Shown here piece by piece: positions 21,703 to 31,452 of a stretch of DNA of 64,000 bases. Numbering within the stretch: the first letter of the stretch is position 1; every line of letters starts with the position of its first letter. Source of the stretch: Candidatus Tayloriibacteriota bacterium (GTDB lineage Bacteria; Patescibacteriota; Minisyncoccia; Phycocordibacterales; PALSA-1337). The notes under the pieces were generated by a model. The model saw nothing but the letters and a program-made list of their open reading frames with translations, ran no database searches and was not told the origin of the DNA. A program made the position numbers and the translations under genes. Location of the stretch: the NCBI GenBank assembly GCA_052034805.1, contig JBPOID010000003.1:3502-67501 (forward strand), read 5' to 3'.

Positions 21703-22826
21703 TTTTTTAATATAGATAATATAGTCTTTCTAACAGTATTTTCATGTCCAAATCTATTTTGTAGAAAAACTTTTGTATTAGATTTCATTTTATTATAAAG
21801 AGAATTATCATTCTTTAATTTTAGTATGGAATCTGATATTGCATTAGCATTTCTCTCGTCGACAACGAAACCAGTTTTACCATCTTCTATCGCTTCAGGT
21901 ATACCACCACTTCTTGTACCTATAACTGGCAGACCATACAATTGAGCTTCCAATAAAACCAAACCCAAACCTTCGAAATCACCTTCATTCTCTATAGTAT
22001 ATGATACCAAAGAACCGACTTTTGCTATGGAATAATATATAGACAGATCAGGAACTTTTCCTACAAAGATAACTCTGTCTTTTAAATCATATTTATCTTT
22101 TATTAATTCTAGATTTTTTCTCTCTGGACCATCACCAACTACAATCAATTTAATATTCTTATCCTTTATTAAAGAAATGGCTTCTATAAGATATTCCACT
22201 CCTTTTCTTTTAACCAATCTACATACCGTAACTATTACAAAATCATCATTATCTATATTCAATCTTCTCTTTTCTTCTTCTACTTTTTTATAGTCTATAT
22301 TATGAACCATATCCAATCTAGGAAGTATAGGATATATTACTTTTATATTATTTTTATTAGATAAATTATATCTCTGTATTACTTTGTTTTTTGTAAATTC
22401 ACTTATAGTTATAGCTATTGTGGCTCTTTTTATACTGAAAGATTGAAGTAATACCACTTTTCTAGTAGTACGAGTATCACAAGCATCTGCACCATAAAAT
22501 GTTATAACTGATTTTTTAAAGAAAATCTTTGACCAGAATACTGTCCAAAATCCAATAGGAAATAGATTCATAGCATAGAAATAATCAGCATTCAAATTCT
22601 TCACAAAATCCATAAAGATAATGAATCCAACATAGAAAAAGTTAACAGACCTTAAAGTCTCTAAAGATAAATTATTTATTTTTTCTTTTCTTGGATTCTT
22701 GTTGCCAAAAATCTTTACTTTACCGTTTATATCTTCTAGAGAAAAAGCATTGAGCCATTCTCTTGTATATGTGGCTATACCTCCATTTGTTGGTATATAA
22801 TCTGAACCGAAAAATATTATTTTCAT
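21699..22826 (-). CDS. GT4 glycosyltransferase
   Basis: RLVKRKG, EGLGLVLLEA, GGIPEAI. Confidence 0.9.
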   Translation of the reverse strand: MKIIFFGSDYIPTNGGIATYTREWLNAFSLEDINGKVKIFGNKNPRKEKINNLSLETLRSVNFFYVGFIIFMDFVKNLNADYFYAMNLFPIGFWTVFWSKIFFKKSVITFYGADACDTRTTRKVVLLQSFSIKRATIAITISEFTKNKVIQRYNLSNKNNIKVIYPILPRLDMVHNIDYKKVEEEKRRLNIDNDDFVIVTVCRLVKRKGVEYLIEAISLIKDKNIKLIVVGDGPERKNLELIKDKYDLKDRVIFVGKVPDLSIYYSIAKVGSLVSYTIENEGDFEGLGLVLLEAQLYGLPVIGTRSGGIPEAIEDGKTGFVVDERNANAISDSILKLKNDNSLYNKMKSNTKVFLQNRFGHENTVRKTILSILKK

Positions 22827-23962
22827 GATAATGGTTTTATAAAATCAGCTATGCCTTTCGCTCTATTTTCCCAAGTCAGACTCGATACTTTTTTTAATGC
22901 TTCACCACTAATTCTATGAGACAATTCTTCATTATTAAATAATATATGAATAGATTTAGAAAGACTTTCTATATCATTAGATTTGAAAAATACAGAATTA
23001 TTTTCATTCAATATTTCTCTTAATGAAGGTAAATCTGAAGCTACTATAGGTCTGTCACTTGCCATGTATTCGAATAATTTCAATGGTGAAGTATAAAGTC
23101 TAGAAATAATTTCTTTATCACTATTAGGCAATACTAGTACATCAGCAGATTTAAGGAATAGTGGTATTTCACTATGTTTTCTATTACCTATTATTATAAT
23201 AGTATTATTCTGAATACCTTCTCTATACTTATCTTTAAATAAAGACACATCTTGTTCTGTACCGCCCACAAATACAGCACATTCATCTTTATCAAAATAT
23301 TTCATAGCTGTATTGGCGAGAGTATCCGCACCTTTCCAATCATATAAATGACCAGAATATAAAGCTATTTTTTTATCTTTTGGTAAATTCAATATATCTC
23401 TACATATTGATTTACTTTTATTAATAGAAAACTCTTTTATATCTACAGCATCTGGAGAAATAAGGGATTTATCTTTATCTTTTAAATACTTTGAATACAG
23501 ATCAGAAAGACCTTTGCTTATTGATACCAATTTCGCCTTCTTTAATAAATTTCTAATTATAAAATTATTATTACCTTGATGAGCTTCATAAACTAGATTT
23601 GGATGAATTAAAATCATATTAAAGAGAATTATTTCATCTCTAGAATAAACAATATCTGGCTTTATTTTCCTCATTTCTATTGATACCTTCTCAGCAAAAA
23701 TCCAAGATTGCATAAGAAACCCTATTCTACCCAAAGCCAATAAATTATGAAAAATATTTATAGTCGGTATTTCTATTATCTTAAAATTATTCTTTATAGA
23801 ATAAAATTCATATGGATTATCTTTTATTTTACTCTTTCTTTTTGAAACTATCAGAGTGACCTCATGTCCCAAAGATGCAAAAGCCTCACACATTTTCATT
23901 ATCTGTATTCCATGAGCTTTCTCTGTGGGTATTCTTATATTAGCTATATAGCAGATTTTCAT
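22823..23962 (-). CDS. GT4 glycosyltransferase
   Basis: AHGIQIMKM, WKG, SPLKLFEYMAS. Confidence 0.88.
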   Translation of the reverse strand: MKICYIANIRIPTEKAHGIQIMKMCEAFASLGHEVTLIVSKRKSKIKDNPYEFYSIKNNFKIIEIPTINIFHNLLALGRIGFLMQSWIFAEKVSIEMRKIKPDIVYSRDEIILFNMILIHPNLVYEAHQGNNNFIIRNLLKKAKLVSISKGLSDLYSKYLKDKDKSLISPDAVDIKEFSINKSKSICRDILNLPKDKKIALYSGHLYDWKGADTLANTAMKYFDKDECAVFVGGTEQDVSLFKDKYREGIQNNTIIIIGNRKHSEIPLFLKSADVLVLPNSDKEIISRLYTSPLKLFEYMASDRPIVASDLPSLREILNENNSVFFKSNDIESLSKSIHILFNNEELSHRISGEALKKVSSLTWENRAKGIADFIKPLS

Positions 23963-24990
23963 TATTTTGAAGTATATTTTATTATATTATCTTTCGTAAA
24001 GATAAATCTGAAAAATGAATCAATTCTTAGGTATTTTTCAAAAGCTTCCCTAGCACGTCTTTGCATATTAATCCATTCCTCATTTGAAATCTTATCATAA
24101 AAATCAGAAATTATTTTGTCTATATTTTTTATATCTTTATATGAAACTTTTATAATAAACTTTGAATAATCAATATCTTTATCCAAAGGTAATGGACAAT
24201 CTGTATCTATAAGTATTGGTATTCTACCTAGACTTAATATTTCATAAAATCTAACAGAGAAATTACCATCTCCCTTAGGGGCTAATACAAAATCACTATC
24301 TTTTATATTCTCTATATATTCATGTCTAGCCTTAATAGGATCTATGCTTATAGTATTTTTATTAGCGCTATATGATGATCTAATAATAAAGTTATTTTTT
24401 ACTAATTTGGATTTATTTAAAAGTTTAATCATTTTAATTCTAAAATAAAGACCCAATCGATGAGTACCTTTTAATATAAAAGTATTTTTAAACCAAAAAA
24501 TAATTTTATTAAAAAGACCATTAACACTAGCCCAACCACAAAAGCCGATAATGGGTATTTTTCTCTTTTCTCTATACATAATCTCATTACCATAAGACAG
24601 ATCAGTAGAATAAGCAGGCATTATTATTTCATTATCTTTTTTACGAGATAAATATTGAGACATTCTGAATATAATACTATTCGGAATATTTATATAAGAA
24701 GTAGAATCATTAGTTGAAAATATAATAATTTTTTTATTAAACTTATTAGATAAATCTACAAATTCTTTTATATAATCATCTACTTTATCTATATAATAAT
24801 AATTATGAGGAATAATAATAAAGTCACATAATTCTGGATTATCGACTATTTCTAATACAGATTTATTAAAATCATCAAAGATATCCTTATCACCAAATAC
24901 ATTATTTCTTTCTCTAAAGCCAAGATTTGGATTTAATATCTCTAAATATCTTTTATCTTTGTATAATTTACCGTAATAAACTTTTAACAT
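23962..24990 (-). CDS. Exostosin-like (GT47) glycosyltransferase
   Basis: SDFVLAPKGDGNFSVRFYEILSLGRIPILI. Confidence 0.8.
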   Translation of the reverse strand: MLKVYYGKLYKDKRYLEILNPNLGFRERNNVFGDKDIFDDFNKSVLEIVDNPELCDFIIIPHNYYYIDKVDDYIKEFVDLSNKFNKKIIIFSTNDSTSYINIPNSIIFRMSQYLSRKKDNEIIMPAYSTDLSYGNEIMYREKRKIPIIGFCGWASVNGLFNKIIFWFKNTFILKGTHRLGLYFRIKMIKLLNKSKLVKNNFIIRSSYSANKNTISIDPIKARHEYIENIKDSDFVLAPKGDGNFSVRFYEILSLGRIPILIDTDCPLPLDKDIDYSKFIIKVSYKDIKNIDKIISDFYDKISNEEWINMQRRAREAFEKYLRIDSFFRFIFTKDNIIKYTSK

Positions 24991-25010
24991 AATTTGATTA
25001 TATTATAGAT

Positions 25011-26588
25011 TTATTTCAATTTGGCTATAATAAACATATTATCTCTTAGATTTATAGGTATGGATAAATGACCTAGTTTAGGATTCTTATTCATAAATGA
25101 AGCAATATTAAAGAAAAATCTAAATTTCAACCATTTACCAAGAGTGAGAAATACATATTCTAATGTGAATTTCTTTCCTATTGTAGTTGAAACAATAACC
25201 TCAAGACCTTCTTTATCTAGGAGTTTAGATATTGTATCTCTATTAAAATAATGAATATGTTCTGGTGGAACAATAAGATGCCATTTTTTACCTAGAATAC
25301 GAGCATAAAGACTTCCGGAATCGGGTGTATTTATTACAACAAGACCATTCTTTGTTAACATTTTCTTTGATTTATTTATAAGTATTCTAGGATCATCTAC
25401 ATGCTCTATCACATCAAGCATAGTGATAATATCAAATTTTTTATTTTTATTATCAAAATCTTCTATAGTTCCATTAAATATATTTAAACCTTTTTCAATA
25501 CCCTTTCTTGAAGCATCAGATGAAACTTCTATTCCATAGACTTCATAATCAAAATCTTTTGCAATCTTCATAAAATATCCAGTAGCGGCACCTATATCCA
25601 ATAGACTTTTATTATTTTTCTTATTCAAAATACCCTCTATTCTATTCATATAACCGACAAAGACATTCTTCATAGCTTCTTTATCCTTATCATAATCAAC
25701 ATAACCGAAACCATGCGAAGCTCCGGAAAAATAATCCTTATTGTAAATATCTTTATTATCTTTAGGTAATGGATGTATTTTCAATATTCCACATTCTTTG
25801 CATTTATATATATCATGACCATTCTTATTAGAATATTTTTTATGAATAGTTTTCTTATCACATATGAGACAATATATATCTTTTATAGGTTTACGAAAGA
25901 TAAGTCTCCAAGGAGCTTTTATACCTTCACCTATTATATGATTTGATATCTTTGATTCGCCTCCAATTCTATTTTTAAAAATAATTGGAATTTCAGTCAT
26001 TTTCGCTCCAGATTTATATAAACAATATTTCAATTCTATAAGAAAAGCATAACCAGAACTTCCAATACTATCGAGATCAATACGTCTCAATTTATCAGTA
26101 GAAATAGTACCAAAACCTGCCGTTATATCATTTAAAGGTATGCGAGTTATAGTACGAGTATACATATTACCGAAGAAACTCAATAGTCTCCTCCATAATT
26201 CCCAACCCTCTGTTCCACCACCTCTTATATATCTAGAACCAACTATAAAATCATATTTATCTCTTTTTTGAAGCATAATAGGTATATATTTCGGATCATG
26301 AGAAAAATCCGCATCCATTGTAATAACAGTAGAAACTTCAGGATTCTTTAATACTTCTATAAATGCAGATGTATAGGCCTTACCTAGTCCTTCTTTTCCC
26401 TTTCTTCTCATAATTGAGAGATTAGGGAATTCATTCATTAGTCTCTCTACTATTTTCTGTGTTCCATCTGGAGAATTATCATCAACAATCAAAATATTTA
26501 TATCTGGATTATGTTCAAAAACTTTTCTGACTATAATCTCGACGGTATCTTTTTCATTATATGTCGGTATAATAACAATATTTTTCAT
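25011..26588 (-). CDS. Polyprenol-phosphate glycosyltransferase (DPM1-like GT2) fused to zinc-ribbon SAM methyltransferase
   Basis: IIPTYNE, DDNSPDGT, MDADFSHDP, GSRY, GESK; then CLIC..CKEC, LDIGAATG, VIEHV. Confidence 0.85.
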   Translation of the reverse strand: MKNIVIIPTYNEKDTVEIIVRKVFEHNPDINILIVDDNSPDGTQKIVERLMNEFPNLSIMRRKGKEGLGKAYTSAFIEVLKNPEVSTVITMDADFSHDPKYIPIMLQKRDKYDFIVGSRYIRGGGTEGWELWRRLLSFFGNMYTRTITRIPLNDITAGFGTISTDKLRRIDLDSIGSSGYAFLIELKYCLYKSGAKMTEIPIIFKNRIGGESKISNHIIGEGIKAPWRLIFRKPIKDIYCLICDKKTIHKKYSNKNGHDIYKCKECGILKIHPLPKDNKDIYNKDYFSGASHGFGYVDYDKDKEAMKNVFVGYMNRIEGILNKKNNKSLLDIGAATGYFMKIAKDFDYEVYGIEVSSDASRKGIEKGLNIFNGTIEDFDNKNKKFDIITMLDVIEHVDDPRILINKSKKMLTKNGLVVINTPDSGSLYARILGKKWHLIVPPEHIHYFNRDTISKLLDKEGLEVIVSTTIGKKFTLEYVFLTLGKWLKFRFFFNIASFMNKNPKLGHLSIPINLRDNMFIIAKLK

Positions 26589-26624
26589 AGATATTTAGAG
26601 TATAACTTATTTATCGAAAGCAAG

Positions 26625-28544
26625 CTATTTCTTCTTTAAGAATTGATATTTACCAATAGAATTATACAAAACATAGCCATTATGGCTCAATTCATTTATT
26701 GATTTTATATAATCAGGATTAGAATTTATAGCAATAATATCTGATAGTTTATTAGTTATTCTATTCAACGACTTTTCTCCAACTTTTATGGTCTCTGTAA
26801 TATCCATAAATTGTGAATAATTTTCACTCTTTATAAATGTTACAAGTTCTGGAGCTTGGTAAACAAATATTTCTTTATTTGAAGGTATTTCTCTTATAAA
26901 ATTCTCAAGTGATTTACTTTGATCACTATTTTTATAATGAGATATCCAGCTACCAAAAACTAATTGATAGAATTGCATAATTATTAAAATAATAACTATT
27001 ACTAAAGACAATATTTTGGCTTTATTATTATTTAATATATTTGTAGATAAATAATACAAATTATATGGAAGCATAATAATTGTAATAAATTCTCCCAAAA
27101 AGAAATACCTATAATAACCAACTGTGCGAAGATAAGCTAAAATTATTAGTATATTAAAAATAAATAGAATAATTTCAGATAATTTTATATTATCTTTCCT
27201 CTTTATTCTTATATATAAGACCAAGGTCCAGACAAGAGTAAGTATAAGAGTATAAATAGGTTGAACTTCTGTTATAAATCTTTTCATATTAAGGATAATA
27301 GATTTTGTCAGATCTGTACTATGAGGATTAGCATAGATAGATAATATATATCCCAATGATTCACCATGGAATTGGAATATAATCCATAAAAATATAGGGA
27401 TAATAAAAGCAATTAAACCAAAAAGAAAATTAATAATAAAGATTTTTTTATTATTTAAAATAAATATTTTATTTTTATAAAGATAATATATTAAGACAAT
27501 AAAGAAAGCCGGCAGAATCAATATAAAAATAGGTTTTGTAACTACAACAATCCCTATCAATAAAGAAGTTATAATTGTATTGAATATCTTTCTTTTATTT
27601 GTAGATACGGGATCAATATATATTCTATAAGTAAATTCTAAACTCAACATAGATAAAAATAAGAAAAATAATCCTGGAATTTCACCTAATACATTCTTTC
27701 CATGACCATAGAGTGGTGGAAAAGTTATTATTAAAAACAAAGTGATAATAGAAATCCAAATATTATTTGAAATACTTTTCCTAAACCATAATAAAGAAAA
27801 AATGATTAATAAAATTATAAAAATGACCATAACAATACGGGCGTGAAATAAATCATTAGCAAATAAATCAAAAGATATAGCTATGGGTAAGGTTACTGGA
27901 TAACTAGTGGTTACATAGCCAGAAGATACAATAGTCTGTGGATCTATACGAATACCAGAATATCCTGAAACAGAAAGATTCCTAGCTGTTTGAATGATAA
28001 TACCCTCATCCATCCATGTCGGTGGTGATTCTGTAAGATTAGAAAGAGAAAAATATAATAAGAAAATAATACCTATAGTAAATAATATTATTATAAATAT
28101 TTTTCTTAAATTATATTTAAAATCTATTGTGTTTACAGATGAATCATTTCTCTTAAATATAAATAATCTATATATGAAAAAAGATTCAATAGCGACTATT
28201 ATTCCAGAGATAATTTGAGCTATTACTACTGGTTTTAGAAACAAAAATCCATTAACTATATTAGAAGATAATAATAAATGAATTATAGTTGTATTTATAA
28301 AAACATTTATAATCGAAACAATTAAATACATTAGAGCTTGATGATGTGTTTTCCCGTGATCAGCATCTTTGAATGTCCAATATTTTTGCAGAGAAAAACT
28401 AACACCGAATGCAATAATAAAAGCAATATTAACACTTAAAATATAATGTATTCCTAAATTATCTAAAAAATGAAGAGAAATAAGATCAACGAGTGCTGCC
28501 GTTCCACCTGAAATAATATATTTAATTATAGTGAATATATCCAT
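26625..28544 (-). CDS. GtrA-like flippase fused to GT-C (ArnT/PMT-like) membrane glycosyltransferase
   Basis: N-terminal KYIISG...LQKYWTF (GtrA), then PPTWMDEG loop motif and ~11 TM segments. Confidence 0.78.
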   Translation of the reverse strand: MDIFTIIKYIISGGTAALVDLISLHFLDNLGIHYILSVNIAFIIAFGVSFSLQKYWTFKDADHGKTHHQALMYLIVSIINVFINTTIIHLLLSSNIVNGFLFLKPVVIAQIISGIIVAIESFFIYRLFIFKRNDSSVNTIDFKYNLRKIFIIILFTIGIIFLLYFSLSNLTESPPTWMDEGIIIQTARNLSVSGYSGIRIDPQTIVSSGYVTTSYPVTLPIAISFDLFANDLFHARIVMVIFIILLIIFSLLWFRKSISNNIWISIITLFLIITFPPLYGHGKNVLGEIPGLFFLFLSMLSLEFTYRIYIDPVSTNKRKIFNTIITSLLIGIVVVTKPIFILILPAFFIVLIYYLYKNKIFILNNKKIFIINFLFGLIAFIIPIFLWIIFQFHGESLGYILSIYANPHSTDLTKSIILNMKRFITEVQPIYTLILTLVWTLVLYIRIKRKDNIKLSEIILFIFNILIILAYLRTVGYYRYFFLGEFITIIMLPYNLYYLSTNILNNNKAKILSLVIVIILIIMQFYQLVFGSWISHYKNSDQSKSLENFIREIPSNKEIFVYQAPELVTFIKSENYSQFMDITETIKVGEKSLNRITNKLSDIIAINSNPDYIKSINELSHNGYVLYNSIGKYQFLKKK

Positions 28545-28554
28545 AAATCTTATA

Positions 28555-29607
28555 TTATTCTCTAATCTTATCTGAAATATTTTTTATAAGACTTTTTGAA
28601 TTAAAATCTTTATTCACTTTATCAAATAAATATTTATTTATAGTATTATCCTTAATATCTATATAATTTGATTTCAATTCTAGTATCTTTTCTGCCAAAT
28701 CTTCTGAATTCCTATATTCAAAAATCAATTTATCATTATAATTACCAAAAATTTCCCTAAAAGTTGTATTTGATACTAATGGTAAACAAGAAGAGGCTAT
28801 ACCTTCTAAAATAACTTTATCTACCCCACCTGTTGGAGAAAGATTTATATTTATATCACTATTCCAATAATATTCTCTTATATTTTCATTTGATACCGCA
28901 TCTTTAAAGAAAATATTTTCCATTAATCTGTTTTCTTTTATTAATTTAGTCAATTCATCATAATAAATATTATCATCTGGAGTAACTCTTGGACCTATTA
29001 TATTACATATGAAATCATGATTTTGTCTCTTTAGAATTAAACATGTCTTTATCAAAGTCTCTAAATTCTTTATACGAGTTATTCTTCCAACACTCAATAT
29101 TGTAAATCTTTTATGTGGAAAATCGTCTTTCTTTTCAAATTTAGAAATATCTATACCGTGACCCATAATAGCAACTTTATTACTTTTAATATTGAAACTA
29201 TCTTTCGATGCAGTAAAGATTTTATTTGAAAAAATAGTAGCAATACGTAAACCCATACTTACAGCTCTATGTGTATACCATAAAGTTATTTTCTTTTTCC
29301 ATATTTTCCATAGAAATCCAGCTAATACAACATATATTTGATTCATATGAACGAATACCGCATCATAATTCTTTCTTTCATACCAAATATACCAATAAAA
29401 ATGTATTAAATATTGAAGTCTTGATTGTCTTTCTTCTTTTCCCAGAGATAAAACTTTTACATTAAAAGGTAAATCGGAATTACCCTTAAAAAGACATACT
29501 ACAATTACTGATTCAAAATTCTTTGAAAATTCTATAATCCAATTATGGAAAAATCCTAAAATTGGATCATCTTTATCTACTTTTTGTGTACAAATTAAAA
29601 GTTTCAT
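28555..29607 (-). CDS. GT4 glycosyltransferase
   Basis: VGRITRIKN, GGVDKVILEG. Confidence 0.85.
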   Translation of the reverse strand: MKLLICTQKVDKDDPILGFFHNWIIEFSKNFESVIVVCLFKGNSDLPFNVKVLSLGKEERQSRLQYLIHFYWYIWYERKNYDAVFVHMNQIYVVLAGFLWKIWKKKITLWYTHRAVSMGLRIATIFSNKIFTASKDSFNIKSNKVAIMGHGIDISKFEKKDDFPHKRFTILSVGRITRIKNLETLIKTCLILKRQNHDFICNIIGPRVTPDDNIYYDELTKLIKENRLMENIFFKDAVSNENIREYYWNSDININLSPTGGVDKVILEGIASSCLPLVSNTTFREIFGNYNDKLIFEYRNSEDLAEKILELKSNYIDIKDNTINKYLFDKVNKDFNSKSLIKNISDKIRE

Positions 29608-30287
29608 TATTTATTTTCAGTAATATCAAATAAATATTTATACATCTCTTCGCCACGCCATTCTTTCTGTTTCTTATCTGGATATTTGAAATCTGTATTA
29701 TTAATGGCTACCACATAAAGATGTGGAGCAATAAAACTGGCAATAGCATCTAAAAATCTATTTGAAAATATGAAAGGTCTTATAGATACAATATTCCATC
29801 CAGCAAACAATACTGTATACTTTAAAGATTCTTTAGTGAAAAAACTAATATGATTCGAAGCCAGAGTTCCTCTGAATTTCGATAATCTAATCAAAGAAGA
29901 TATTTTCGGTATAACTGGCACTCCTAATATTATAATGGTTTTGGAATCTGATATTTTCTTTAATTTTATTAAAAATGAATGCGGAGATAATAGATGTTCG
30001 AGAAGATTATTGGCCCAAATAGCTTCAAAATTATTTAATTTCAATAAAGTATTATAGTCTTCAATATTACCTTTTATTATATTTAGATTATTCTTCTTAC
30101 CATAATCAACTTCATCATCTGTAGTTGTAATACCTACACTATTTTTACCAAAACATGATAAATATTCACCGTATCCACAACCTATATCTAATACTTTCTT
30201 ATTTTTTAGATTTAATATAGATAATATTCTATTAAATACTCTTGAATTAGATACTCTTATAAATCTTTCTTTTATTTTATCATTCAT
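29607..30287 (-). CDS. Class I SAM-dependent methyltransferase
   Basis: LDIGCGYG, LLEHL. Confidence 0.85.
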   Translation of the reverse strand: MNDKIKERFIRVSNSRVFNRILSILNLKNKKVLDIGCGYGEYLSCFGKNSVGITTTDDEVDYGKKNNLNIIKGNIEDYNTLLKLNNFEAIWANNLLEHLLSPHSFLIKLKKISDSKTIIILGVPVIPKISSLIRLSKFRGTLASNHISFFTKESLKYTVLFAGWNIVSIRPFIFSNRFLDAIASFIAPHLYVVAINNTDFKYPDKKQKEWRGEEMYKYLFDITENK

Positions 30288-30294
30288 ATATATA

Positions 30295-31449
30295 CTATAA
30301 TAGATTAATAATCTCTCTGGCTATATTATTCGTATCAAAATCAACTATTTTTGCACCGACTTCTCTCGCAATACCGACATCAGTGGATATTATATTACAT
30401 TTTGAAGCTTCGGCTTCTTTTAGAGTCATTCCGTAGCCTTCATACCATGAAGTATTCAAGAAAATATCACATGTTTTATAATATGAAGCCAAAACGATAG
30501 GATCTTTTTGCCAATCTTCAAAGATAATAGAATCTTTTAGACCTAATTTGATTGATAATTTAATCAAATTGTCTTTTTCTTGACCATTTCCAACTATAAT
30601 AAGACCTATATTAATATTTTTATTATTAAATAGTTTTTCTTTTGCAATTTTGAAAGATTCTATAGCTCCATCTATATTTTTCTCTTTACCGAGACGAGAA
30701 ATCATAAGAATAATCTTTGAAAATTGAGGGTATTTATTATGTAAATTATTTTCAGATTTTATTTGTTCAAAAGATAAACTTTTTATACTATTTTCTCCGA
30801 TATCTATAGGTCTTACTGTTATTTTTGATTCATCAATATAATTTTTTATATATTCTTTTATCTTTTCTGATACAACTCTTACACTATCAGCTCTAGTCAA
30901 AGTATATTTTGAAATAATAGTTCTGATTTTATTCAATAGATTAAAGTTTTGGAAATATTTGCTACCTATATCAGTATGTATTTGTAATTCTAATTCAGGA
31001 GATAAACCTGTGGACTTTATCTTGTATCTATTCTTAACCAAAGTACCTACGAGACCAGTTTCAAAAGGATCTTGGCATGTTATATGGGTTATATTTCTCC
31101 TTTCTGATATAAATCTACCTAGTCTTAAAGCATTAAAAATATAACCTAATCTTGAATTAGAATTAGTAGGATATACAAAAACATTGTTAGATAATGACAT
31201 TTCTTTCCACTTATTTTCCCCAGAGTATTCCACATTATTATGGCTTTTATCCACATCATTTATAGACTTATCCACAGTTTTTCCACATTCTTTATTACAA
31301 TCAACATCATTTCCACAACTTTTCCCCTTTTTAGTAAAAACTATTATATTCACCTCTTCATAATTTTTTGCATAATCTATTTGCCTTCGTGCTACTGCAC
31401 TATTTTTATCAAAAATATTTCTATCTGTAGATATCATTAAAAGTCTCAT
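30295..31449 (-). CDS. GT4 glycosyltransferase with a ~44-aa low-complexity insert near the N-terminus
   Basis: SRLGKEKN, EGYGMTLKEA; insert GKSCGNDVDCNKECGKTVDKSINDVDKSHNNVEYSGENKW. Confidence 0.85.
   Translation of the reverse strand: MRLLMISTDRNIFDKNSAVARRQIDYAKNYEEVNIIVFTKKGKSCGNDVDCNKECGKTVDKSINDVDKSHNNVEYSGENKWKEMSLSNNVFVYPTNSNSRLGYIFNALRLGRFISERRNITHITCQDPFETGLVGTLVKNRYKIKSTGLSPELELQIHTDIGSKYFQNFNLLNKIRTIISKYTLTRADSVRVVSEKIKEYIKNYIDESKITVRPIDIGENSIKSLSFEQIKSENNLHNKYPQFSKIILMISRLGKEKNIDGAIESFKIAKEKLFNNKNINIGLIIVGNGQEKDNLIKLSIKLGLKDSIIFEDWQKDPIVLASYYKTCDIFLNTSWYEGYGMTLKEAEASKCNIISTDVGIAREVGAKIVDFDTNNIAREIINLL
31203..31328 (+). repeat. Cluster of co-oriented DnaA-box(-like) 9-mers inside the GT4 ORF
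   Basis: TTATCCACA at 31247 and 31268, TTTTCCACA at 31279, near matches at 31203, 31214, 31226, 31298, 31309, 31320. Confidence 0.75.
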
Positions 31450-31452
31450 ATT

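Noticed and set aside
31203-31328. CRISPR array or definite oriC
   Set aside because: Repeats are 9-mers with 2-12 nt gaps, not ~30-nt repeats with spacers; no dnaA nearby and rRNA orientation argues against an origin, so oriC is not called
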